From: an uncultured bacterium
Lineage (GTDB): Bacteria > Lernaellota > Lernaellaia > Lernaellales > Lernaellaceae
DNA: 29,305 nt
Direction of reading: 5' to 3'
Assembly: GCA_964534375.1 (NCBI GenBank)
Contig: CAZHPN010000052.1
Location: forward strand, 4,246 to 33,550
How positions within the stretch are numbered: the first letter of the stretch is position 1; each line of letters begins with the position of its first letter. The notes under the pieces are model-generated. The model had not been told where the DNA came from, searched no databases, and saw only the letters and a list, made by a program, of their open reading frames with translations. This document shows, in pieces, positions 7,616-15,577 of the stretch. Both the position numbers and the translations under genes were made by a program.

Positions 7616-8625
7616 AAAACTTCGTGGCAGAAAATGCTAATGATCTGTGGATTCAGGCGTTTGATGCGCTCCGCGACGATGTAAGTGCGGACGAGCAGCC
7701 TAGCCGGGCCGGCCTCACGCGTGAACTACTACATGTAACATTTACGTTGAAGAATCCGCGGGAGAGATGGATTGTGGCGAGGGAGCCCGCGCTAAATCCA
7801 GCCTTTGCCGTAGCAGAATTAGTGTGGATAATCAACGGAAGAAATCAATCCGCGATTTTAAATTATTTCAACAAAAAGTTGCCACGCTTTGCCGGTGACG
7901 GCGAGACCTATCACGGCGCGTATGGGTTCCGAATTATAAACCACTTCAAGATCGACCAGCTTACAAGAGTATATGAGACGTTAAAAAACAATCCGGATAG
8001 CAGACAAGCTGTTCTGCAGATTTGGGATCCGATGGAGGATTTGCCAGATTCGAAAGGCCAACCGCGAGATATGGACATTCCGTGCAATATTAGTTCGATA
8101 ATAAAGATTCGGAGAAATCGGCTGGAGTGGTTCCAGATCATGAGAAGCAACGACCTGTTTCTTGGCACGCCTTATAATTTTGTTCAATGGACGAGCGTTC
8201 AGGAAATCATGGCGGGGTGGCTCGGGGTTGGGCTGGGAGAATACAATCAGCTGAGTGATAGTCTTCATGTTTATAAACGCGATCTTGGTAAAATATGCGT
8301 CGATGACCTCGCGGGAAACATTCGAAATGCGGATTCGTTAGATTACCCCAAGGAAGTGTCGGACAGGGCGTTTAAAGAGCTATACGAGAAGATTGACCGC
8401 ATGACGAAGGTAATAATAAACGAAAAGGATTTGGAAGAGATTTGTGAAAAGCGCGACGCCGTTCAGAGCTATCAAAACATGTTGCTCGTTGTCGGAGCCG
8501 AATGCGCAAGACGTAGGGGATGGAAGGCGTTGCAAGAAAGGCTGATCGGAGATTGCACGAATCCATTGTACAGTCTGCTATCGGAACGGTGGGTAAGTCG
8601 CGTAACAAGCAAGATGGCGCAGTAG
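7612..8625 (+). CDS. Thymidylate synthase family, probable dUMP hydroxymethylase type (337 aa)
   Basis: ATGA overlap at 7612. NPAFAVAELVW, GAYGFR, PDSRQAVLQIWDP, DIPCN, MRSNDLFLG.PYN, SLHVY are all present. Asn at the base-discriminator position implies dUMP. Confidence 0.82.
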   Translation: MKNFVAENANDLWIQAFDALRDDVSADEQPSRAGLTRELLHVTFTLKNPRERWIVAREPALNPAFAVAELVWIINGRNQSAILNYFNKKLPRFAGDGETYHGAYGFRIINHFKIDQLTRVYETLKNNPDSRQAVLQIWDPMEDLPDSKGQPRDMDIPCNISSIIKIRRNRLEWFQIMRSNDLFLGTPYNFVQWTSVQEIMAGWLGVGLGEYNQLSDSLHVYKRDLGKICVDDLAGNIRNADSLDYPKEVSDRAFKELYEKIDRMTKVIINEKDLEEICEKRDAVQSYQNMLLVVGAECARRRGWKALQERLIGDCTNPLYSLLSERWVSRVTSKMAQ

Positions 8626-8682
8626 CGACGGCGCTGCGATTGAGGGCGAACGCAAGGCTCGGCCCGACGGGCTTCTAATTGC

Positions 8683-8725
8683 GGTCGCGGTAGGGGCCTC
8701 GCTTCCAGTGGCCCCTACCGCGACC
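8683..8725. terminator. Perfect 16-bp hairpin with GTAG-type REP core between convergent genes
   Basis: GGTCGCGGTAGGGGCC - 11 nt loop - GGCCCCTACCGCGACC. Confidence 0.65.
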
Positions 8726-8746
8726 TGAATTCTGTCATGTGGCTCG

Positions 8747-9856
8747 TCAATATGCGACGCGTGCCGCCGGTGCGTCGGCGGTAGCGGCGGGGAGGATCGC
8801 CGCCCCAATGTCAAGCACTCGTTTATATCTAAGCGCCACGGACGTGAGCCTCGACGGGTGGCCCTTACCAGGACCGCGAGGGTGTCTCGCAAGAATATCA
8901 TCAACCCGCGTGCGGAGAAGATGCATCAGGAGAACGTCAGACGTGGACGCGTCGAGATCCCAATCCCCGTCACGAGTGTCCGCCAACCATTTCGAGAAAG
9001 TCGCTAACTCTGTTTTGGCGCTGTCTACGTCGCGCGGTGTTTTAAAATACTGTTTCAGAGCGGCAGGAGTGTCATAACCAAAAGCGACAAGCTCGTCCAA
9101 CACCTGGTTTGCATGGCTCCCTAAGTCCGGTAATTCAGGCAGATAGTTGCGCATTCGAGCGACGAAATCGAAAACGTCCGCAAATGGGTCCGTATCTTCG
9201 TGATGTCGTTTCTCGGCTTCTTCGAGAAGGTGCATGATGATCCCGTCGCCGGCGGTCAAGAGGTGCCCTAATTGATCTAGGTACTCATTCTCCCGGCGTG
9301 AAGGAAGCCCCATCTGCGGTTTATAGCGCAGGTCATGTTCGATTTCGTTCCACACGTGGGCTAGCATGCTGCTGACCTGAATTTCGCAGCCCAATCCCTT
9401 CAGATTGTCATACGTGCCGACGAGTTCAGATTCTGGTAAATATACCTGGCAATGGGTCGCACGATAGAATCCACGTTCCGCGTCTTTTATGTCGATGTCG
9501 ATTGGCGCTTCGTCCTTGCCGACGAAGGCCTTCGTAATTGCTGTTACAACTTTCGCACGGTCTCGCTCTTCGTATGTGGCAACCCGCACGCCGGCTAGGT
9601 CACTGACGCGATCGAACACATCGTCGACGCTATTCAACGCGTTCGCCTCTTCCGCGTCCGACAAATATTTCTTTAGTTTGCCTTCGAAACGCTTGGGATC
9701 TTTGGCCCGGAACGTTACTTGGCCGCGAATAGTATTGCCTTCCACAACGTCGTCGCGGCAGATTTCCTCGACGCGCTTCGCCAACTTCAAGTAGCGGTCG
9801 TACTCCCGCCAATACCGATCAACGGCTTCCACGATAATTGTTTCGTTCAGAGGCAT
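8747..9856 (-). CDS. RelA/SpoT (alarmone synthetase-like nucleotidyltransferase) domain protein with C-terminal extension
   Basis: RAKD..F..K, DLAGVRV, FYRATH, CEIQV, HVWNEIEHDLRYK motifs. ATG 9856 follows AAAAGGA; an alternative GTG start is at 9880. Confidence 0.85.
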   Translation of the reverse strand: MPLNETIIVEAVDRYWREYDRYLKLAKRVEEICRDDVVEGNTIRGQVTFRAKDPKRFEGKLKKYLSDAEEANALNSVDDVFDRVSDLAGVRVATYEERDRAKVVTAITKAFVGKDEAPIDIDIKDAERGFYRATHCQVYLPESELVGTYDNLKGLGCEIQVSSMLAHVWNEIEHDLRYKPQMGLPSRRENEYLDQLGHLLTAGDGIIMHLLEEAEKRHHEDTDPFADVFDFVARMRNYLPELPDLGSHANQVLDELVAFGYDTPAALKQYFKTPRDVDSAKTELATFSKWLADTRDGDWDLDASTSDVLLMHLLRTRVDDILARHPRGPGKGHPSRLTSVALRYKRVLDIGAAILPAATADAPAARVAY

Positions 9857-10129
9857 CGATCTTATCCTTTTCGCGTCCACCGATTGCGATCCAGCACCGT
9901 GCCGCTGTGCGAGTTCAGTTTGGGATGAACTGAAGCCATGCTTGGCAAGTGCCGAGACACACTCGTCGGCGCCGGCATTGTTCGTTTTTCGAGCATGACC
10001 CCGTCAGTGCCCGCCGCCGTTTCGCCGGGCAATCGGGAGCACACCACAATTGGAACGGAAGCGTCAAGACCGTGGCGCGTCAACGACGAACCTCCCGCGC
10101 CGTGAAGATTTCCCGGTCGTGGTTGCGCA

Positions 10130-10180
10130 GTGGGACGTCACCAGCGCCGACGACGGCGCGCGCATGGTGACAGGCCCCAC
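10130..10180. repeat. Imperfect REP-like hairpin downstream of the RAYT remnant
   Basis: GTGGGacGTCACCA ... TGGTGACaggcCCCAC. Confidence 0.45.
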
Positions 10181-10189
10181 GAACGGACA

Positions 10190-10343
10190 TCGTTCTCGTC
10201 GAGGTTTCGGATCGCGGGATAATTAACGATGTATTCGCGTACGCGGTTGAGGCCATCAGCGTCGCGAACCATATGCTCATAGGGGACCATGCCCCGCCGT
10301 TGTTTTTCGTGAAGATGGCGACACCCCCGACAATCGGACGCAA
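10190..10343 (-). pseudogene. C-terminal remnant of a REP-associated / IS200-like tyrosine transposase (RAYT)
   Basis: YEHMVRDADGLNRVREYIVNYP resembles the RAYT C-terminal YEHIIR...IREYI.NNP motif. LRPIVGG..W lies upstream in another frame (frameshift). No HUH N-terminus is seen. Confidence 0.65.
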
Positions 10344-10437
10344 AAGGGCGCCACGTACCGTTTCTGGCAGTCAGGCTCTTCATTGGCGTACTATGTTTGC
10401 GCCGGACCGCAACCGCCGGGGGCCGAAAGGCCCTTCG

Positions 10438-10719
10438 ATGCCTCACAAACAAAAAGTGCTCTCCTACACCGCCGGCTTTGAGCCGTTAGAAAACGGCGGT
10501 TACCTGGTCACCGTGCCGGCTTTGCCAGGGCTCGTGACCGATGGCGTGGACTTCGACGACGCCGTGGCGATGGCGAAGGACGCGATGGCAGGTCATTTGG
10601 CGGCGTTGGCGGCGTTGGGCGAGCCGATTCCGGCGGAGGCGCAGGCCATTCAGGGCGCCGAAGGGAGTGCCCGACAGCGATTTCTTTCCCTGCCCGAAGA
10701 CCAAGTGCGAATTTCATGA
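10438..10719 (+). CDS. hicB: HicB-family antitoxin, copy 1 (aberrant C-terminus)
   Basis: FEPLENGGYLVTVPALPGLVTDG...AVAMAKDA...GEPIP. GAAAGG upstream of ATG 10438. Confidence 0.8.
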   Translation: MPHKQKVLSYTAGFEPLENGGYLVTVPALPGLVTDGVDFDDAVAMAKDAMAGHLAALAALGEPIPAEAQAIQGAEGSARQRFLSLPEDQVRIS

Positions 10720-10809
10720 CGACGGCCGGACGTGGGTCGCCAAGCATGCCCGAAAAGGGCAGGCGCCGAGGTGCGAACGGTAGGGGCGGAGCCCGCCGCT
10801 GCCGACCGA
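10688..10809 (+). repeat. 122-bp direct repeat, right copy
   Basis: Matches 2155-2276. Encodes the degenerate PCPKTKCEFHDDGRTWVAKHARKGQAPRCER, out of frame with hicB copy 1. Confidence 0.85.
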
Positions 10810-10921
10810 ATGATGAAGCAGGGGGGCAGGACAAGTTGGCCGACAAGCCCGCTTTGCTGGGATGTGGGTCGCGTGTTATGTTTGTTATTGGCAGCGGGCA
10901 ACGAAACGGAAAGGGTGTTTG

Positions 10922-11194
10922 ATGCCGCGAAAAGAAAAAGTGCTTTCGTATACGGCTGTCTTCGAGCCCCTGGAAAACGGCGGCTACATGGTCACTGTGC
11001 CGGCGCTCCCGGGGCTTGTTACCGATGGCGTTGACTTCGAAGACGCCTTGGAAATGGCAAAGGACGCGATTCAAGGTCATATTGAAGCGTTGGCGGCATT
11101 GGGCGAGCCAATTCCTCGGGCCGACAACGACAAGCCAAAACGCGTCGCCGTGCGAGTCAATTTGAAAAAACCCTTAAAAGCAAAAGCGGTATGA
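10922..11194 (+). CDS. hicB: HicB-family antitoxin, copy 2
   Basis: YTAVFEPLENGGYMVTVPALPGLVTDG..EDALEMAKDAI..GEPIP. ATGA overlap with hicA. Confidence 0.9.
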   Translation: MPRKEKVLSYTAVFEPLENGGYMVTVPALPGLVTDGVDFEDALEMAKDAIQGHIEALAALGEPIPRADNDKPKRVAVRVNLKKPLKAKAV

Positions 11195-11421
11195 CGCGAC
11201 TGCCAGTAATGAGGCCGCGAGAGGTTATCAAAGCCCTCAAAGGGGCCGGCTTCATCATCGTTCGCCAGAAGGGCAGCCACATTCAATTTCACCACCCGTC
11301 GCGACCGGGCGTCGTCACGGTCCCGAACTATCACCGCGAGATTCCGCCGAAGGTCTTGAAGAGCATCGCCGCACAAGCCGGGTTTACGATAGCTGAATTC
11401 CTGGAATTGTTGGCGAGGTGA
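11191..11421 (+). CDS. hicA: HicA-family mRNA interferase toxin
   Basis: REVIKALKGAGF..VRQKGSHIQFHHP..VTVP.....I....LKSI..QAG. Confidence 0.92.
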   Translation: MTRLPVMRPREVIKALKGAGFIIVRQKGSHIQFHHPSRPGVVTVPNYHREIPPKVLKSIAAQAGFTIAEFLELLAR

Positions 11422-11627
11422 TCGTCGGACCGGCGACGGCGCGGCTGCTCTGAGCATAGACGAAAGGGTGAGACGATATTTCAAAGGGGGCGCCGCCCCC
11501 GCCTTCGAGGGGGCAGGCTCGCCGCGGGGCGCAACGAATCCGCTTGTTCTGTTCCAACAACCCAAAGAGCATCTGTACCACTGTCCCGCGATTTCTTCTC
11601 GCCACGCGAAGAATTGTTTCGAATTTC

Positions 11628-11778
11628 AACCACAGAGCCACAGAGTTCACGGAGCTCGATCAGAGAAAGCCGGGTCGTTTCGTGATGCCCGCGAACGGAG
11701 GCGATCGCGGGCGCACGAAACGACCCACCTCGCTCACTTTCTTGCTTCTCTCTGTGCCCTCTGTGAGACTCTGTGGTT
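11628..11778. repeat. Inverted array of 8-9-mer (CACAGAG / CTCTGTG) repeats
   Basis: AACCACAGAGCCACAGAGTTCACGGAG ... CTCTGTGCCCTCTGTGAGACTCTGTGGTT. A similar pair lies at ~12357-12451. Confidence 0.7.
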
Positions 11779-11846
11779 TAATGATCTTTCGTTGCGGCCG
11801 ACGGCCGCGCTGCGTAATTTGTGGATCAAACTGGTCATCTGTTCTT

Positions 11847-11871
11847 GGATTCCCGCCTCCGCGGGAATGAC
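11847..11871. repeat. ATTCCCGC-N-GCGGGAAT palindromic REP-like element
   Basis: GGATTCCCGCCTCCGCGGGAATGAC, a widespread small intergenic palindrome type. Confidence 0.65.
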
Positions 11872-12249
11872 GTCTCAAGGGGCGCGGCTCTCGTGCCGTG
11901 ATGGAGATAAATCGCTGACAAACCGGCTTTGGCCAGGCCTCGTCCCGCCAAGCAGCGATTATCCGGGACAAAGGTCCGGCTTGTCCCCATTCGCGTGCAT
12001 TCGCGTGAATTCGCGGTTAAATAAAACGATCTCGCCGCGGGGACCGCGGAGGTCCAGTTGGGACGGACATACACCGCGAAGTCACGCGGATAAACGGGAG
12101 AAAAGGCGATAAACTCCGGCTTGCCGCCGTACACGTGCCTTAGCCCACGTATCCCGGCAGCGGCAGTTAAGTCGGTTTATGTCAGTCGCGCAAATCGCGG
12201 CAAGAACGACGATAAACCGCTGCTAAACGGGAATGAATGACCCAAAGTA

Positions 12250-12265
12250 TGTTTCACGTGAAACA
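12250..12265. promoter_or_regulatory. parS: parS centromere-like site (ParB binding)
   Basis: Perfect palindrome TGTTTCACGTGAAACA matching the canonical chromosomal parS consensus; intergenic. Confidence 0.85.
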
Positions 12266-12449
12266 ATTATGCCGGAATTTCCGGCCGGCCGGGCCGCGTG
12301 TTTTGGTAAAATTACGAAACAAAGCCAATTTTGTTACGCGAAGTGAGGAGGCGGCTCACGCGGAGGGAGTGAAGGGCCTCAAACGGAGACACGGAGTCGC
12401 GCAGAGGATTTGAGAAGTTCTTCTCTCTGTGCCCTCTGTGCCTCTGTGG

Positions 12450-13118
12450 TTACGCAGTCGCTTCAATAAAATTCGCCAAAATCCGGCCGCCCCAATCGAC
12501 TTGGCGCAGGCCGGCCGTGGCGCGGGCGACGGAGAAGCGGGCGAGGGGGGTGATCCGGCGCGCCATCAGCCATTCGAACAGCACGATGCCGCCGTGCAGT
12601 TCGGGGTGAAATTGCACGCCCCAGACCGGTTTGTCGATCAGCCGGAACGCCTGAATGGCGCAGTCGGCGTTCGTCGCCAGGGCGCGCGCGCCGGGGCCGA
12701 GCGTCGCGACCTCGTCGAAGTGCAGCAGCACGAGCAGCGGGCGCGGCGGCAAGCCGGCGAAGAGCGCGTCGCTTTCGCACGCGACCTCGCGCCAACCAAA
12801 TTCCGGATGCGCGCAGCGACGCACGGCGGCGTCGCCCCACAAGGCGCGCGCAATGAGCTGGTGGCCGAAGCAAATGCCGAGAATCGACTTGCCGGCCGCG
12901 ACGGCGTCGCGGACGAAATCGATCTGCCGCAAGATCCAATCGTCGTTGGCGAGGATGGACGCCTCGCTGCCCGAGAGCACCAGGCGCTCGAACGAATCGA
13001 GCGCCGGCGGCGGCGCCGCGATGCCGTCGTGCACGATCGCCTCCGCGCCGAAGCGCCGGCGCAGCAGCGGCCCGACGCGCAAGAAGCCCATCGAGTTGTC
13101 GATAATCAGCGTGCGCAT
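12450..13118 (-). CDS. Type 1 glutamine amidotransferase (GuaA-like GATase domain)
   Basis: LVLSGS, ILGICFGHQL (nucleophile), GVQFHPE (His-Glu). Confidence 0.9.
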   Translation of the reverse strand: MRTLIIDNSMGFLRVGPLLRRRFGAEAIVHDGIAAPPPALDSFERLVLSGSEASILANDDWILRQIDFVRDAVAAGKSILGICFGHQLIARALWGDAAVRRCAHPEFGWREVACESDALFAGLPPRPLLVLLHFDEVATLGPGARALATNADCAIQAFRLIDKPVWGVQFHPELHGGIVLFEWLMARRITPLARFSVARATAGLRQVDWGGRILANFIEATA

Positions 13119-13136
13119 GCGATGTCGCCTTTCACT

Positions 13137-13865
13137 TCACGTACGCGTCGTCTCCAGCGCCGCGGCGATTTCGGCGGCGATGGCGTCCGCCGCGGCGGCC
13201 GGCTCGGGCGCGCGGATGATCGGGCGGCCGATGACGAGATAGTCGGCCCCGGCGGCGATGGCGGCGGCCGGCGTCATGATGCGCTTCTGGTCGCCCGCGG
13301 CCGCGTCGGCCGGGCGGATGCCGGGCGTCACCACGAGGAACTCGCGCCCGCACAGTTCCTTGATGGCCGCCGCTTCCTGCGCGCTGGCGACGACGCCGTC
13401 GAGGCCGTTATCCTTCGCGAGCTTCGCCAGGCGCAAGGCCGCGTCATGCGGCGAGCCGGTGAAACCGATCGCGTCGAGGTCGGCCTGATCGAGGCTGGTC
13501 AGCACGGTGACGCCGATCACCAACGGTCGCGCGCGCTCGCCTCCGCCCTCGTGCGCCGCCTGCGCCGCCGCGCGGCACATCGCCGCGCCGCCCGAGGCGT
13601 GCACGTTGACCATCCAGACGCCGAGGCGCGCCGCGGCCCGCACCGCGCCGGCGACGGTGTTGGGGATATCGTGAAACTTCAGATCGAGGAAGACGCGCAG
13701 GCCCAGGTCGTCAATCAACTGCGTCACGGCCGGGCCGGCCGAAACGAAGAACTCCTTGCCGACCTTCAGGGCGCCGATGTGGCCGACCAGCTTCGCGGCC
13801 AGCGCCGCGGCGGTCGCCGGCGAATCGACGTCGAGCGCGACGATGATGCGGTCACGCGGCTCCAT
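13137..13865 (-). CDS. pyrF: Orotidine-5'-phosphate decarboxylase
   Basis: IVALD, FLDLKFHDIPNTV, VTVLTS, VTPGIRP, DQKR, GRPI. Confidence 0.97.
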   Translation of the reverse strand: MEPRDRIIVALDVDSPATAAALAAKLVGHIGALKVGKEFFVSAGPAVTQLIDDLGLRVFLDLKFHDIPNTVAGAVRAAARLGVWMVNVHASGGAAMCRAAAQAAHEGGGERARPLVIGVTVLTSLDQADLDAIGFTGSPHDAALRLAKLAKDNGLDGVVASAQEAAAIKELCGREFLVVTPGIRPADAAAGDQKRIMTPAAAIAAGADYLVIGRPIIRAPEPAAAADAIAAEIAAALETTRT

Positions 13866-15573
13866 GCAAGCCCTCGTCCACCAGCGCCTTGACCCGCGCC
13901 GCCGCTTCGGCCACGGGCACGAGCGCGTATTCGGCCGCGTCGCGGCGCTTCAACTCGACCGCGCCGGTCGCCAGGCTCTTGCGGCCGACCGTGACGCGCA
14001 GCGGGTAGCCGATCAGGTCGGCGTCGTTGAACTTCACGCCGGGCCGTTCGTCGCGGTCGTCGAGCACCGCCTCGACGCCGAGCGCCAACAGTTCGTGGTA
14101 AATCTTCTCGGCGGCCTTCGCCTCGTCGCCGTCGGTCTTGCCCGCGGGCACGACCACCACGTGGTACGGCGCGAGCGGCATGGGCCAGATGATGCCCTTG
14201 TCGTCGTGGTTCTGCTCGATCGCCGCCGCGGCCGTGCGCCCGACGCCGATGCCGTAGCAGCCCATGACCATCGGCTTTTCCTGGCCGGCCACGTCGAGGA
14301 ACACGCAGCGCATCGGCTTGGCGTACTTCTCGCCGAGCTTGAAGATGTGCCCGACCTCGATGCCGCGTTCGATGTTGTACACGCCGCCGGCGGGGCAGGG
14401 GTCGCCGGCGAGCGCGAAGCGGATGTCGGCCCAGTGCGTGGGCGTAAAGTCGCGGCCGAGATTGAGGCCGGTGACGTGGTAGTCCTTTTGGTTGCCGCCG
14501 GCGACGAAATTGCCGCCGCCGCGCAGGTTGAAGTCGGCGACCACGCGGTCGAGCTTGAGGCCCTGCGGCCCGGCGAAACCGACCGGCGCGCCGGTGACGT
14601 TTGCAATCGTGTCCGGGTCGGCCAGTTCGAGCGAATCGGCGCGCAGCAGACGCTGCAGCTTGATCGGGTTGACCTCGTGGTTGCCGCGCACCAGGGCGGC
14701 CAGCGGCTTGCCGTCGGCGACGAAGATCAGCGTCTTGATCAGGTCGCCGGGCTGCACGCCGAGAAACGCCGAGACCTCGTCGATCGTGCGCTGGTCGGGC
14801 GTATGCACCAGTTCCACGCTCTTCAGCGGCCCCGCGAACGGCGCATCCGGCGGCGCGGGCAACTCGGCTTTTTCGACATTCGCCGCGTACTCGCCCGTGT
14901 CGCTGTAGACGATGGCGTCTTCGCCGGTGTCGGCCAGCACCATGAACTCGGCGCTGAAGCTGCCGCCGATGTTGCCCGAGTCGGCGGCGACCTCGCGGAA
15001 TTTCAGGCCGCAGCGCCGGAAGATGCGGTGGTACGTCTGCCGCATGATTTCGTAGGCGTGGTTGGCGCCGTCTTCGTCGACGTCGAAGCTGTAGGCGTCT
15101 TTCATGATGAATTCGCGGCCGCGCATCAGGCCGAAGCGCGGGCGGATTTCGTCGCGGAACTTGGTCTGAATCTGATAGAGGTTCAGCGGCAGTTCGCGGT
15201 ACGAGCGCACGTCGCCGCGCACCAGCGCCGTGATGACCTCCTCGTGCGTCGGCCCGAGGCAGAACTCGCGGCCGTGACGGTCCTTGAGGCGCTGCAACTC
15301 TGGCCCGTAGTGCGCCCAGCGGCCGGATTCCTGCCACAGCTCGGCCGGCTGCACCGCGGGCATCAGCACTTCCTGCGCGCCGGCGCGGTTCATTTCCTGG
15401 CGGATGATCTGCTCGACCTTGCGCAGCACGCGCAGGCCGAACGGCAGGTAGGTGTAAATCCCCGCCGCGACCTTGCGGATCATGCCGGCGCGCAGCATGA
15501 GCTGGTGGCTGACAACCTCGGCGTCCGACGGCGTTTCTTTGAGCGTCGGGGCAAACAGCTTGGAAAAACGCAC
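13852..15573 (-). CDS. proS: Proline--tRNA ligase (bacterial type with editing domain)
   Basis: SHQLMLRAG, LGPTHEE, KFRDEIRPRFGLMRGREF.MKDAYSF, GIEVGHIFKLG, MGCYGIG. Confidence 0.98.
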   Translation of the reverse strand: MRFSKLFAPTLKETPSDAEVVSHQLMLRAGMIRKVAAGIYTYLPFGLRVLRKVEQIIRQEMNRAGAQEVLMPAVQPAELWQESGRWAHYGPELQRLKDRHGREFCLGPTHEEVITALVRGDVRSYRELPLNLYQIQTKFRDEIRPRFGLMRGREFIMKDAYSFDVDEDGANHAYEIMRQTYHRIFRRCGLKFREVAADSGNIGGSFSAEFMVLADTGEDAIVYSDTGEYAANVEKAELPAPPDAPFAGPLKSVELVHTPDQRTIDEVSAFLGVQPGDLIKTLIFVADGKPLAALVRGNHEVNPIKLQRLLRADSLELADPDTIANVTGAPVGFAGPQGLKLDRVVADFNLRGGGNFVAGGNQKDYHVTGLNLGRDFTPTHWADIRFALAGDPCPAGGVYNIERGIEVGHIFKLGEKYAKPMRCVFLDVAGQEKPMVMGCYGIGVGRTAAAAIEQNHDDKGIIWPMPLAPYHVVVVPAGKTDGDEAKAAEKIYHELLALGVEAVLDDRDERPGVKFNDADLIGYPLRVTVGRKSLATGAVELKRRDAAEYALVPVAEAAARVKALVDEGLHGAA

Positions 15574-15577
15574 GCGT

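Noticed and set aside
7612..8625. Housekeeping thyA (and tmk/dcd for the neighbouring genes)
   Set aside because: Divergent motifs, extra domains, low-GC island context and no adjacent folA; gene symbols withheld.
2666..9856. Prophage
   Set aside because: The enzymes are phage-like, but no integrase, terminase, capsid, tail, polymerase or lysis genes are seen.
10438..11120. Diversity-generating retroelement TR/VR pair (hicB duplicates or the 107/122-bp repeats)
   Set aside because: Mismatches are not adenine-specific (mostly synonymous third positions in hicB), and no reverse transcriptase is present.
11468..12112. 214-aa ORF downstream of hicA
   Set aside because: It is composed of translated palindromic repeats and has no protein-like features.
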